A DNA stretch of 64,000 bases from Candidatus Thorarchaeota archaeon (GCA_019057475.1 DXJO01000041.1:96001-160000), one strand, 5' to 3'. Counted from the first letter of the stretch, positions 10,218 through 20,211 are shown. Notes: generated from the letters alone by a model not told the origin. A program made the numbers and translations.

Positions 10218-10292
10218 TGGTGCGCCTGCCGGGAATCGAACCCGGGTTTCGAGCTTGGAAGGCTCGGGTCATAACCCCTAGACAACAGGCGC
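10218..10292 (-). tRNA. tRNA-Gly(TCC), intronless, CCA encoded
   Basis: Reverse complement GCGCCTG...CGAGC CTTCCAA GCTCG...CCGGG TTCGATT CCCGG CAGGCGC ACCA folds as a cloverleaf. Confidence 0.95.
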
Positions 10293-10465
10293 AAGTGTTC
10301 ACACGCGGGCAGTCATGGCTCACCATTGCATCGCGATTTAAGGATGTTGTTGCAGTGGGTCTATCAGGATGGTCAGTGGAAGGGTGCGTCATAGTGTGCA
10401 AAGCGCATGGTAACGGATTACCAATGGAAGGCTGAAACTCTTGAGGGTGCTCTAGCAAGCACGCC
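10285..10465. repeat. Intergenic mosaic repeat, copy 1
   Basis: 10345-10383 matches 13257-13295 at 37/39 nt; flanking blocks are also similar to 13121-13326. Confidence 0.75.
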
Positions 10466-10546
10466 CTCTTCGAGGGTCTTGTGGATTCCTGCCTAACCCA
10501 GTAAAAGACATCCTTAAGTCGATCCACATCGCTAGAAGTTGCGGGG

Positions 10547-10999
10547 GTGCGACCTGAAGTGACTGCTCGGGAAGACACAACAAGACCGTTCGGGATTCTT
10601 GTCCTTTGGATACTGAGTGTTATCCGCATTGCTTGCCTGTTTGCCTTTATGAACGCAACCCACCTTGAGTACTTGGAATGTATCAAAGGTCCCGGTCTCC
10701 CGCCTTTCCATCCGCCGTCCTGTCCCCACTATGAACCCTACCTTGCAGCACTTGGTTTCTTCGACATTGCAGTCCTCGCCTTGCTGCGAAAACCGGGTCA
10801 CTACAGGTTACTACTTGCGTCAGCCTTTGACGTGTTTCTGTATGCTGTTGGAACATTGACTGTAGTGACAGGCCTATGGCGCTTCTCATCTCTACAGTTC
10901 TACGCCATTGCTATATGGTTGCTATCCATAGGCCATGCCGCGATATTCCTTGTTCCAGTGGTACGAGAGTACTACAGAAAGCGGACTAATCAGAAATAG
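10547..10999 (+). CDS. Hypothetical membrane protein
   Basis: About 4 hydrophobic helices, N-terminal RPFGI and C-terminal VREYY; start uncertain. Confidence 0.6.
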   Translation: MRPEVTAREDTTRPFGILVLWILSVIRIACLFAFMNATHLEYLECIKGPGLPPFHPPSCPHYEPYLAALGFFDIAVLALLRKPGHYRLLLASAFDVFLYAVGTLTVVTGLWRFSSLQFYAIAIWLLSIGHAAIFLVPVVREYYRKRTNQK

Positions 11000-11092
11000 G
11001 GAATTTTAGGCCATCTTAGGACCTTGTGGCAAAAATGCGCAGTCACGGATGGTCAAATGGCTGCGTGTTAACGGATGATTCACCGCTTCGAT

Positions 11093-12205
11093 TCAAATAT
11101 ACCGTTGCAGTGATAGGCCAGAGATGACGCATAATGTACTGGTATGGTGGCATTGTTTGTCGGCTTTGAGAGACTGAAGCCAAGCTGCCAAAACAGTGGT
11201 GGCATTGGATTCGTCCAGAAGAAGAGGATAATGGTCTACACTCCCAGCTGATCCTGGGACTAGGTAGACTCCGCTGCCATCATAGTCGCACCAGTAGTTG
11301 CCCTGATTCACTCCGTTATCCCATTTGTTGTCTAGTCCATCATCTATGGCATTACTCATTTCATTCCAACCAAGGCGATTGTAAACCAATGAGATGTTTC
11401 CCGTCTGTTCACCAAGCCTAATGCCTACGCCCGTATTGTTCAACACTGTGTTGTATCGGATAGACCAGTTTGTGCAAAGGATTTGCACGTCAACTCCTTC
11501 CTGATTCTCTGAGATGGTGTTGTTCCACAGCTTGCAGGAGTCAGAGAACTGTGCTAGCACACCCCATTCGTTGTGACAAACTCTGTTGTGGGAGAGATCA
11601 ACACCCACGCTGCCAATGATAATAGCACCATAGGTACAGTTACGTATCTCGCTGTTCTCAAATCGGAGGTCGTGAGATTCCGTGGCGTTTACGCCTGCGC
11701 ACGATGCTTCGATCGTGCAGTTATGGACAGTACAATCACGGGAGAGGAAAAACTGCATACCATCATCATTAGAGTGTACAACACATGATTCCAGATACGC
11801 ATTCGAAGAATTGTATATCGAAATAGCTGCACAGTCTGCACTCAACTCAGGTGTGGAACTCAAGAAGCAGTTCCGTACGACGAAGTGGACTGTGATATCT
11901 GAGATGTCTACGCATTCTGCATCGCTTCTAATCCAGAGATTCTCAATCAGATACGGGCTGCTTGATGTGCCATTACCTTTCCAGCCTTCTTCAGCGGCCT
12001 GATTCGCAAATTCAGTGTTGCTCCTGAGAGTGATAGGAGGATGCTGCGTATATGTGCCCCCCTCAATCGTCGTTATGTCACCCCCGGGCGGCGTTTCGTC
12101 AAGGACTATCATCAGGAAGCCGACAGATGCGATTGCCATGACCACGACTACTACGACGAATATCTTTGCTGTCTGATGCGATGACACCTTCACCACGTCC
12201 CTCAT
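11093..12205 (-). CDS. NosD/CASH-type parallel beta-helix protein with N-terminal membrane anchor
   Basis: GNGT..SPYLIENL, repeated N.I..N..G beta-helix units, NKWD....GNYW.DY.G.G.Y.VPG..GSVDHYPL. Confidence 0.85.
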   Translation of the reverse strand: MRDVVKVSSHQTAKIFVVVVVVMAIASVGFLMIVLDETPPGGDITTIEGGTYTQHPPITLRSNTEFANQAAEEGWKGNGTSSSPYLIENLWIRSDAECVDISDITVHFVVRNCFLSSTPELSADCAAISIYNSSNAYLESCVVHSNDDGMQFFLSRDCTVHNCTIEASCAGVNATESHDLRFENSEIRNCTYGAIIIGSVGVDLSHNRVCHNEWGVLAQFSDSCKLWNNTISENQEGVDVQILCTNWSIRYNTVLNNTGVGIRLGEQTGNISLVYNRLGWNEMSNAIDDGLDNKWDNGVNQGNYWCDYDGSGVYLVPGSAGSVDHYPLLLDESNATTVLAAWLQSLKADKQCHHTSTLCVISGLSLQRYI

Positions 12206-12357
12206 AGATACTCATTGTGAGCATATTAGGTTTGACAAGATTCGATGTCACAAGCGAGTGGAGATTGTCTAAATGTGGCATCAATAAACAATTGAAAAAA
12301 GGTTTGCAGCAATTAATTATGATAGAAGATATGTAATGCCCGAACAGGTAATGAACC

Positions 12358-13098
12358 ATGACTGAAAGCAAACTGGGTTTTGATACTCACAGAAGCTCCC
12401 TGGCTATTCATTACTTCGCATTCACATTGGCGTATTGTGCGAGTATTGTCTTCGCAGTCATACTGGGAGCCACTTTTGGCCTAGTCCCGCCTATCGACTT
12501 CTGGTTACGAATTGCAGGGCCTTTTTTCATTCATGTTTCGATTATAGGACTGTGGCTCTTCATCGTATGTCTGCCGATCTTATTCGTGACTAACCTGAAC
12601 GTTATCTGGTTCGGACGGGTTCTCAAGCAGAGATTCGTTTCTACTTCCGATGCCATCAGGACTGTACTCGGGGTGATTGTTGCGGCTCCTTTGCTCATTA
12701 TCGCGGTGTGTATCTACATTCTTATGGGCCACATATTCATCTGGCCGGGCGTATTACTTGTCTTAGGCCCGATCCTGTCTGGGTTCCCTCTCGTCTATGT
12801 ACTCGTCATCATTGGGATTATGACCAAAAACACAAAACAACTCATCCTAGACTGTGTAAAGGACCCTCGTTTTTGGTTTGTGTCCCTCTTGTTGATTGTC
12901 ATTCTTCTCGTCCCCCTGGCCGCCCTAGGTCTCCCATTACAAAAGGGCTATTTCCAGTACTTCCAGTCAGAAGAGCTCTTCCTAATGAACATCCCTGGCC
13001 TCGTTGTCAGGGCACTGATGATAGCATCTGTCTTACCCGCCATACCACTTGCATTCCTTCGGCTCAGAGATGAAATTCTCTTTGACCCACCAGATTAG
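12358..13098 (+). CDS. Hypothetical multi-pass membrane protein
   Basis: 246 aa, about 6 TM segments. Confidence 0.7.
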   Translation: MTESKLGFDTHRSSLAIHYFAFTLAYCASIVFAVILGATFGLVPPIDFWLRIAGPFFIHVSIIGLWLFIVCLPILFVTNLNVIWFGRVLKQRFVSTSDAIRTVLGVIVAAPLLIIAVCIYILMGHIFIWPGVLLVLGPILSGFPLVYVLVIIGIMTKNTKQLILDCVKDPRFWFVSLLLIVILLVPLAALGLPLQKGYFQYFQSEELFLMNIPGLVVRALMIASVLPAIPLAFLRLRDEILFDPPD

Positions 13099-13120
13099 AT
13101 AAAGCGACCATTTAGTGGAT

Positions 13121-13326
13121 ACAGGCGCGATTGCCCATACGCGGGCGATCAGTGGAAGAGTCGAATCAGGTTGGATTGGAACGCGCTATCATGGATGGTC
13201 AGTGGAAGGGTGAATCTTGGCGGGCAAAGCGCGCAGTCAAGGACGGTCAGTAAGCGTGTTGTTGCAGTGAGTCTATCAGGACGGTCAGTGGAAGGCTGAG
13301 ATCCATGAGGGCTCCAACAGACACGC
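13121..13326. repeat. Intergenic mosaic repeat, copy 2 (with internal reiteration of GGA(T/C)GGTCAGTGGAAGG)
   Basis: Core motif near 13149, 13193, 13241 and 13279; matches 10285-10465. Confidence 0.75.
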
Positions 13327-13377
13327 TCGGTTCATTTTCGCTTTGTTTTATTAAGCAGTGTTTCCAAAGACACAAAC

Positions 13378-14775
13378 ATGGTGGAGGTTTCTTTGCATCA
13401 ACTCATTGCTCGATTCAGGGAGAACCTGTCGATCTTTTCCGCTTCAGCACTCAAGAGATGGTTCGCGATAGTGTTTGCCTCGTGTGCATTCTTCGTGCTT
13501 TGGATTAGTGGCAGCAGACCCGCGCTGGAAACCATCTATCGAATTGCAAACTATATCGGCTGGCTGCTTTTCACCGGGATTCCCTTTGTAGTTGGAGCCT
13601 CTCTTCTGTTTGGCTCACAAGAGTCGCACCGCAGCATTGCTGATTCCGCACAAAAGGGCAGCAAGGTGAATTTTGCTTCTCTTTTCATCACATATGTTGT
13701 ACTGACTCTGCTAGTGATGGCAGTTGCGGTTGTTATCGGTTTCGTGTTTGCCTTTGTGTTCTCAGATCCACTCTGGATTCTTGGTGCCCTCCCATATATG
13801 CTCGTTCTGACACTCGCCATTTCCCTACTACTTTGTCCTATTGCTGCGTTCTTAGCTCTGGCAATTGATCAATGGAAGACCAGTACAGTCCTAGGAATAT
13901 CGATATTCCTTGCTGTTGGGCTCGCCACAGGTCAGCCGGGATTCCCCGTGAATTACCCGGAGATTGCTTTGCTCGGACCTGTTCACCTTCTCACTGCTCT
14001 CTTGTTCATATTGGTTGCTGGTTCTGAATATCAAGGGGCTATCGATTATTATGTAGGCGTCAGCTTTGTACCAGGTCAACTCATACTACCAATCCTTCTA
14101 CTTATCTTTGCTTCAGCAATCTCCTATGTCTTTTCCAAGCGGATGTTCGAATCCAATCTACATCGCTGGACAATCGAGAGAAAACAATGGTTGTCAACTG
14201 AAGAGGGCATGCAGGACAAGCCTGAAGCTCAATCGAATGTCAATCTGCCAACTCTCTATGAAGAGCTGAAACTGAGAAGAAGGATAATAGCCGCTCTTGC
14301 AGTTGCAGCCATTCTTCTGATTCCACTTGCTGGAATGGGCTACGTGTCAGTAAGACAGGAGGAGTGGACCCAAGTTGTATACGAGAGTCCAGCGGGAGGC
14401 GAAATGGTCGAGGTAGGGCAGCAGTGGTTATACGGTGAATTCTTCGGAGTAAACCCTCCTGATAATGTGCACCTTGCAGTGGGCTGCCTGGGTGAGATAC
14501 TTAGCGGAGGTGGCGACTCCGACGTTGTGCGCATGAACTTTGAACACAGACAGATGTCACTGGATGAATTCCTACATCTAAACGATACAGAGATTGAAGA
14601 TATGTTTGGGCGTAGTGAATCTGGAAATTACGGCACTAGCGGGTCCTTCAGCACTGGCTGGGGCGGGCCCATTCACGCGGTACAGTATATCTGGGTTCTC
14701 AGATTCCTCGACGCGCTTGGGCAAACTGAGGGCAGCATCAGTATTTCGTTTCGCGTCATAATGAGAGCCACGTAG
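13378..14775 (+). CDS. Membrane protein (ABC-2 permease-like N-terminal region plus extracellular C-terminal domain)
   Basis: About 8 TM segments followed by a soluble domain of about 140 aa. Confidence 0.65.
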   Translation: MVEVSLHQLIARFRENLSIFSASALKRWFAIVFASCAFFVLWISGSRPALETIYRIANYIGWLLFTGIPFVVGASLLFGSQESHRSIADSAQKGSKVNFASLFITYVVLTLLVMAVAVVIGFVFAFVFSDPLWILGALPYMLVLTLAISLLLCPIAAFLALAIDQWKTSTVLGISIFLAVGLATGQPGFPVNYPEIALLGPVHLLTALLFILVAGSEYQGAIDYYVGVSFVPGQLILPILLLIFASAISYVFSKRMFESNLHRWTIERKQWLSTEEGMQDKPEAQSNVNLPTLYEELKLRRRIIAALAVAAILLIPLAGMGYVSVRQEEWTQVVYESPAGGEMVEVGQQWLYGEFFGVNPPDNVHLAVGCLGEILSGGGDSDVVRMNFEHRQMSLDEFLHLNDTEIEDMFGRSESGNYGTSGSFSTGWGGPIHAVQYIWVLRFLDALGQTEGSISISFRVIMRAT

Positions 14776-14799
14776 TTTCCCAGTTTGGTGTATGGAGGA

Positions 14800-15690
14800 A
14801 GTCCCTAACTGCGCAAGGATTTTGCTGTATGAATTGGCAAGGAAAAGGGAAATGAGCTGGCAGCATGTTCACTGCCAGACTCTGCGCGAATTACAGTTCA
14901 AATTCGTGATACTCGTAGTGTGTGAGCGGGAGTGCTTCACAGTCTGTAGTGTCTGCAATGTCATAACCCATTTCTTGCATCTCATGTGAGTGACACTCAA
15001 CTACAAGAAACTCCTGTGTTCCACCCTTCCCCTGCCAGATGTCGCCATCCTCCACTCTCCATCGGAGTCTGGAGTCAGCAGGGGCTTTGTCTGTCATCAT
15101 CGAGATGGAATCCCTCCCACAGACCTGGCTTCCTTCTCCTGTCTTGATGCTGGCATATCACTCCCAGCGACAGAGAGGGTCTTCACAGTTCTTGCCACGG
15201 CGAGGTCATTATCACCCATCCCAGATTCATCACTGAAACTGGGAAGACTCGTCTGAGCATGGTGAACAGCCGCGGACTCCCCTGAGTGGGATACACCACT
15301 CCTCATGGAGAGTAAGGACCTCCCTTGAGAAGAGACCTTCCCTCGGGCTTTCGGGAGCGAGTGTGTGCTGCGCGAAACAGCATTAGCCCACTTGCCTAGT
15401 CCTCTCATATAGTGAAGTACGCTTGTGAGAATAAAAGCTCGTACAGAATCTTGCTTTTTCAGCCCTGTATAGTTTGGGATCACACAGGATTCCACTTCCT
15501 CTAGATTCAGAGATGGTGAGGAGTGACCTTGACGAACTGAGGCTTGATGAGTCGATGCTGAAGGACATAATCAGGAGCTGTGTCCAAGCGCCGCAGGACC
15601 GGAGTATCAGGGTTTCCTGAGGAGGATATCAGGAATGAGATGGATTGACAGGGGTTCTGGCGATACAAGCACGTGTGGATGACTCCTACG
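14800..15690 (-). pseudogene. Possible decayed IS4/ISH3-like transposase remnant
   Basis: No long ORF over about 0.9 kb; minus-strand fragments RLRWRVEDG.IWQGK (resembling the Y-x2-R-x3-E-x6-K signature) and PDTPVLRRL. Confidence 0.3.
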
Positions 15691-15737
15691 TAATGTGATA
15701 ATATTGCATATTTCTTACATTTCTGTGTTCCAGATTA

Positions 15738-15917
15738 CTAGAGATGTGTAAGAATTCCATCGCTCATGATTCCTGCATTAGAAAGCAGAGCGATTCTGAT
15801 CGTGTCATTTTCCGCATTGGTTGGCACAAGGGATGCTGCAAATAGCCCCACCCCAATTACTCCTATCACTAGAACAACAACTACAGCAATAACTAGGGGT
15901 TTGTTCGTGGGTGCCAT
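15738..15917 (-). pseudogene. Truncated membrane-anchored protein (59 aa; resembles the start of an MBL-fold hydrolase)
   Basis: MAPTNKPLVIAVVVVLVIGVIGVGLFAASLVPTNAENDTIRIALLSNAGIM then an early stop next to the decayed region. Confidence 0.4.
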
Positions 15918-16152
15918 ATTTCCGAATTACCTAGGTAAACCAGTATTAAAGCACAGGTTTGACGCATGAGATGTTTGAACGCGGGTATTCTCTCAGATGT
16001 GTCTGTGAATGAATACAACGTCAGTCGCTCAAAGATTTGGAGTAGATTCCCATCATCACTTTCTCTCACATCGATGCTGTATTCATCTAGGAAGATCAAG
16101 ATTACAATTGCGCTAATCCTAGAATAGATATCAAGCGAGGCGCGATTTTCTC

Positions 16153-16977
16153 ATGGAGTCGGCAATTATGGAGGACTCAACTTCAACTAGTAGTCTGAAA
16201 CCCAAGACGTGGGGTGGATTCTGGGATATTTTTGGGGATATGCTTGTAGACTTGCTGGATATCAAAGAAGGAGCAAATGTTCTTGATATCGGGACTGGTG
16301 GCGGTGCCATACTCTACCCTGCAGCGAAGAGAGCTGGAAACTCAGGTCTTGTAACGGGAGTGGAGCTCTGTGATCATTGCGTCAAGGCCACAACCGATCA
16401 GATTGAGAGATGCGATATTAAAAATGTCAAGGTACTGCTCATGGATGCTAGCAATACAGGGTTCGATTATCACTCCTTCGATTATGTTACTGCAGGGTTC
16501 ATAGGATGGGATGACTACTTCGACTTTCAAGCCCACAAGTACACGAAGGAAGACCTGCTGATGGCTGAAATTGGCAGAGTCCTAAAGCCTGGAGGGTTGA
16601 TTGGCATCACTACGTGGCTTCTTCAGGAAGATTTGGACTGGATGTATCAGTTCCTAGAACGGCACTCTATCTTGTGCAAAAGGAATTATTCCATCGAGAA
16701 TGAAAAGGACTGGAGAGAGATTATGTCTGCTTCCGGATTCAAGGATGTCCAAGTCGCATCTGAATCTGCAACCTATACTTACGAATCCATTGAGGCATGG
16801 TGGAAAGAAATGAGGGACTATGATTGGGTTCTAGAGGGGAAGGACGATGATGTGATAACTGATTCCCTGAAGGATGATGCATTCTCATCCATTCACGCAC
16901 ATGTTACTGATGAGGGGGGAGTTCAGTTCAAGCGAGACGCCCTATTTGTAATCGGCAGGCAACCCATACCAAAATGA
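16153..16977 (+). CDS. Class I SAM-dependent methyltransferase (UbiE-like)
   Basis: VLDIGTGGG, VTGVEL, MDA, SFDYV, RVLKPGG. Confidence 0.88.
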   Translation: MESAIMEDSTSTSSLKPKTWGGFWDIFGDMLVDLLDIKEGANVLDIGTGGGAILYPAAKRAGNSGLVTGVELCDHCVKATTDQIERCDIKNVKVLLMDASNTGFDYHSFDYVTAGFIGWDDYFDFQAHKYTKEDLLMAEIGRVLKPGGLIGITTWLLQEDLDWMYQFLERHSILCKRNYSIENEKDWREIMSASGFKDVQVASESATYTYESIEAWWKEMRDYDWVLEGKDDDVITDSLKDDAFSSIHAHVTDEGGVQFKRDALFVIGRQPIPK

Positions 16978-17182
16978 CTTAGATTGTATTTGACTGAGAT
17001 CTCAATTCAACATGCAACCTAAGATGCTCTCCACATCTTCATAGATGTGCCAGTGCCTGAAGTCAATCTATGCGGGTCCATCCAGAGCTATTTCGACAAG
17101 AAATTGCCTGGTGCAGTTATGTTTGATATATGTCCCAGCAAAAGATGCTAGAACCAAAGAATGCTGGCTAATGAGATTCGGA

Positions 17183-17887
17183 CTACAATCTGCCGGTGAC
17201 GCCTACTTTCGAAGAGTACGTCCATAGGACTTCGGCACAGACATGCCAAGCCATCATTACTTCCTTGTCGAGTTCTAGGTGGGTGCTAAACAGCTCCTTT
17301 ACAGAGTTGGACATATCGCCGTGCGGAAAAGCCCCCACACCCAGGATAACAGGTATCGTGGAATCCTGTGGCAGTATGTTTCTCAACGATTCAGCTGAGG
17401 TCTTTGTGCCATCCTCTATTGCCAAGAGAACCAATGACTCACCAGAGCCAGCAGCGAAGTTGCTGACTAAATCGGGAAGGCTAGTATCAATCACTCTCGC
17501 CAATGGCTCACCCTCTGGAGGAATCCTGCCATTCATTAAGAGCTGCTCGAACAATCCAACGAACCGGTCATAGTTTCTAGGAAGCCGAACATCAGGGCTA
17601 ATCTCTATTACTCGACCATCTACGAGATGAAGATGAACAGTGAGTAACCCCGCTTTGCATAGGGGCGTTTCAAGTACTGACAGAAGACTGAGAAAGGTGA
17701 TGTCTGGACGGCCGCGCTTTTCCATGCTATCAAGGCGTGTCATTGCTCGCCCGTGAAGCGTCTGATCTAGCATCAACTGACCGGGTTTCTTACGTCTACG
17801 TCTAGCATGCGCCTGTATCTCTTTCAAACTAGTGAGTTCCCTAGGAACCAACTCGATTGCGCACTCGAGAAGAATCACGTGGAGCAT
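17183..17887 (-). CDS. nep1: Nep1/Emg1 SSU rRNA pseudouridine N1-methyltransferase
   Basis: RGRPDI, VRLPRNYDRFVGLFEQLL, VGAFPHGD. Confidence 0.92.
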   Translation of the reverse strand: MLHVILLECAIELVPRELTSLKEIQAHARRRRKKPGQLMLDQTLHGRAMTRLDSMEKRGRPDITFLSLLSVLETPLCKAGLLTVHLHLVDGRVIEISPDVRLPRNYDRFVGLFEQLLMNGRIPPEGEPLARVIDTSLPDLVSNFAAGSGESLVLLAIEDGTKTSAESLRNILPQDSTIPVILGVGAFPHGDMSNSVKELFSTHLELDKEVMMAWHVCAEVLWTYSSKVGVTGRL

Positions 17888-17964
17888 AATCAGACCTCTA
17901 TCAACGGATGGTTGCGAACGATTTAAGCGATGTGACTATCACTCGAAACAAGAGTTGTCCGTCC

Positions 17965-18288
17965 GTGAGGAGAAGAAGAGCACCAAGGGCTGAAACAAGA
18001 AGACTAGCTCGAGAAAGGATCGATATCCTGTGGGAACAGGCGAGCGATGTTGCCTCACAGAAACCACATCTTGCCCGGCAGAGAATGGCTAGCGCCAGGA
18101 AGATTGCACAGAAGGCGAGAATCAAGATACCACGCCATATAGGAAGACAGCTCTGTAGGAAATGCGGGACTGTGCTTGTGCTTGGTCAGAACTGCAGAGT
18201 AAGGCTGCGAAACAATAGATCAAGACATCTCACCGTTACCTGTTTGAACTGCGGTGCAATAAGACGGTTCTATAACAAGAAACAATGA
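17965..18288 (+). CDS. rnp4: RNase P protein component 4 (Rpp21)
   Basis: ARERIDIL, ARKIAQKARI, LCRKC..VLV.G.NCRVR, VTCLNCG.IRRF; start uncertain (17908-17965). Confidence 0.92.
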   Translation: MRRRRAPRAETRRLARERIDILWEQASDVASQKPHLARQRMASARKIAQKARIKIPRHIGRQLCRKCGTVLVLGQNCRVRLRNNRSRHLTVTCLNCGAIRRFYNKKQ

Positions 18289-18340
18289 TGCCACGTCAGA
18301 ACCTTAAAGAAGAGAACGACTGACGCTTCAATGAATCAAT

Positions 18341-18613
18341 ATGCCTAGCAAGCCCCATCTCGATTCCACAAGGATCAGTATCGCCTGGCAAGACCCAGTC
18401 ATGCTTCAGATAGGAAAGGCCGGTATCACGGATAACACCATATCAGAGGCAAGGCGACTTCTCAAGAAACACAAATGTTTCAAGGTTCGAGTGTTGCGCA
18501 GTGCCCTCGACGGAGAACTGACAAAACAGATGTTATTCGAAACTCTGTGTGAACGTTCTGGCGCAGAGCTGGCGGGTTTGCGCGGCAACACAGCTGTGGT
18601 CTACAAGAAATAA
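18341..18613 (+). CDS. yhbY: YhbY/CRM-domain RNA-binding protein
   Basis: P.LQIGKAGIT, KVRVLRSA, RGNTAVVYK; conserved rnp4-yhbY-S19e order. Confidence 0.85.
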   Translation: MPSKPHLDSTRISIAWQDPVMLQIGKAGITDNTISEARRLLKKHKCFKVRVLRSALDGELTKQMLFETLCERSGAELAGLRGNTAVVYKK

Positions 18614-18785
18614 TAAGTCGTCATGGTATAATCGGGTCCAAGCCGAGTTCTGTGGCTCTAATTGAAGCCGAATGCAACGACAACCTTTTATGCGGACTCT
18701 AGATTGCGGGGCCAGCCTTCTGGGGTAGGCTACCGGCCGACTCTAGGTAGGGTGAACGCACTTCAATGTGTACGGTGACAAACAT

Positions 18786-19238
18786 ATGCCCACGGTCTAT
18801 GATATTCCCGCCAACATCCTGATACGGCGTCTTGCACTTGACATAAAAGCTCGGAAAGAGATTACACCTCCGGAATGGGCTTCTTACGTCAAGACAGGCG
18901 CTCACAAGGAGAGAGCACCAGATCAAGAGGACTGGTGGTATACGCGGTGCGCGAGTATCATGAGGAAGATATACTTGCGAGGACCAGTCGGGATTGAGCG
19001 ATTGAGAGTCGAGTATGGTGGGAGAAAGAGGAGAGGCACAAAGCCTAACAAATTCCAACGAGGCAGTGGCGCGGTCATAAGGACTGCTTTACAGCAGCTG
19101 GAGAAGGTGGGCTTTGTCAAGAAACGTGGGAATAAGGGTCGAGAAATGACCAATGAGGGCAAGTCCTACATGGACAAGCTATCGGCCACATTGAAGACAG
19201 AACTCTCGAAGGCTATACCGGAACTGGAGAACTACTGA
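18786..19238 (+). CDS. rps19e: Ribosomal protein S19e (eS19)
   Basis: TVYDIP, PEWA.YVKTG.HKER.P...DWWY.R.ASI.RKIY, GSG.VIR.ALQQLE. Confidence 0.97.
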   Translation: MPTVYDIPANILIRRLALDIKARKEITPPEWASYVKTGAHKERAPDQEDWWYTRCASIMRKIYLRGPVGIERLRVEYGGRKRRGTKPNKFQRGSGAVIRTALQQLEKVGFVKKRGNKGREMTNEGKSYMDKLSATLKTELSKAIPELENY

Positions 19239-19266
19239 AGGAAGCCCCGGGCTAGGGGTGAGATGA

Positions 19267-19596
19267 TTGAGTGATGAAGAGCTTGAAGCAATTCGGCAGA
19301 GGAAGCTAGCGGCCCTCCAAGATCGGGCGATCCAAGAGCAGAGACATGAGCAACAGCTGTCCGAAGCGCAAACAAAGAAAGAGGCTCTTCTTCGTCAGAT
19401 ACTCACTCCAGAAGCACGACAACGGTTGACCAACGTAAAGATGGTGAAGCCACAGTTTGCTGAACAGATAGAGGCGCAGTTGATTCAGCTCGCCGCATCA
19501 GGCAGACTCAAGGGACGAGTGGATGACAATCAACTCAAGACACTCCTGCAACAGATCCAGGGAAGGGAGAGAGAACGAAAAGTCACGTTCAGATAG
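19267..19596 (+). CDS. PDCD5-like DNA-binding protein
   Basis: DEELEAIRQRKL, LLRQILTPEARQRL.NVKMVKP. Confidence 0.93.
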   Translation: MSDEELEAIRQRKLAALQDRAIQEQRHEQQLSEAQTKKEALLRQILTPEARQRLTNVKMVKPQFAEQIEAQLIQLAASGRLKGRVDDNQLKTLLQQIQGRERERKVTFR

Positions 19597-19618
19597 AAAA
19601 ACGCTATAGGTGATGCAA

Positions 19619-19774
19619 ATGGCAAGAAACAAGCCACTCGCGAAGAAACTGAGGATGGCAAGAGCTCTGAAATCGAATTCCTCGGTGCCTACATGGGCCG
19701 TTGTTAGGACAGGTGGAAAGGTACGAAGAACACCGACGCAACGGAACTGGCGTCAGACAAAACTAAAGCCATAA
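19619..19774 (+). CDS. rpl39e: Ribosomal protein L39e (not in the ORF track)
   Basis: [31 protein letters not shown]...[10 protein letters not shown]; conserved position. Confidence 0.95.
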   Translation: MARNKPLAKKLRMARALKSNSSVPTWAVVRTGGKVRRTPTQRNWRQTKLKP

Positions 19775-19788
19775 ACAGGTGAGAATAG

Positions 19789-20211
19789 ATGCCTCCAAAA
19801 AAGAAGAAAGTGGTCAAAGAGACCAAGGATCTGCCTGAAGTAGAGGAAATAGAAGAGGTAAAAGAGGCAGAGGAGATGGATGAAGTCGAGGACGCCGAGG
19901 AAACGGTTGCTGAGGAGGCGGAAACTCCAGTAGAGGAAGTCCCAGAGGAAGAAATCATCGATGAACGAATTTACACAGTGCCACTCCGCAGAGCGTACTG
20001 GACTGGTAGCAGACTCCGCAGATCCAACAGAGCAGTAAGAATTCTCAGAAAGTTCGTAGAGAGGCACATGAAGCCGGAAGAGATTGTGATTCAGGCTGAA
20101 GTCAACGAGAAAATTTGGTCCCGTGGAATTCAGAAACCGCCCAGAAGAGTTAGGATTAGAGCCACTAAGAACTCAGATAATTTGGTCCGAGTTTACCTTG
20201 CGGAGGGATAG
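19789..20211 (+). CDS. rpl31e: Ribosomal protein L31e with acidic N-terminal extension
   Basis: ERIYTVPLR, RAVRILRKFVERHMK, VNEKIWSRGIQKPPRRVR. Confidence 0.95.
   Translation: MPPKKKKVVKETKDLPEVEEIEEVKEAEEMDEVEDAEETVAEEAETPVEEVPEEEIIDERIYTVPLRRAYWTGSRLRRSNRAVRILRKFVERHMKPEEIVIQAEVNEKIWSRGIQKPPRRVRIRATKNSDNLVRVYLAEG

Noticed and set aside
13121-13326. CRISPR array
   Set aside because: The repeats are degenerate and irregularly spaced, with no unique equal-length spacers and no cas genes in the window.
18696-18746. GC hairpin upstream of rps19e as a regulatory RNA
   Set aside because: It is a single short imperfect stem, insufficient without covariation data.
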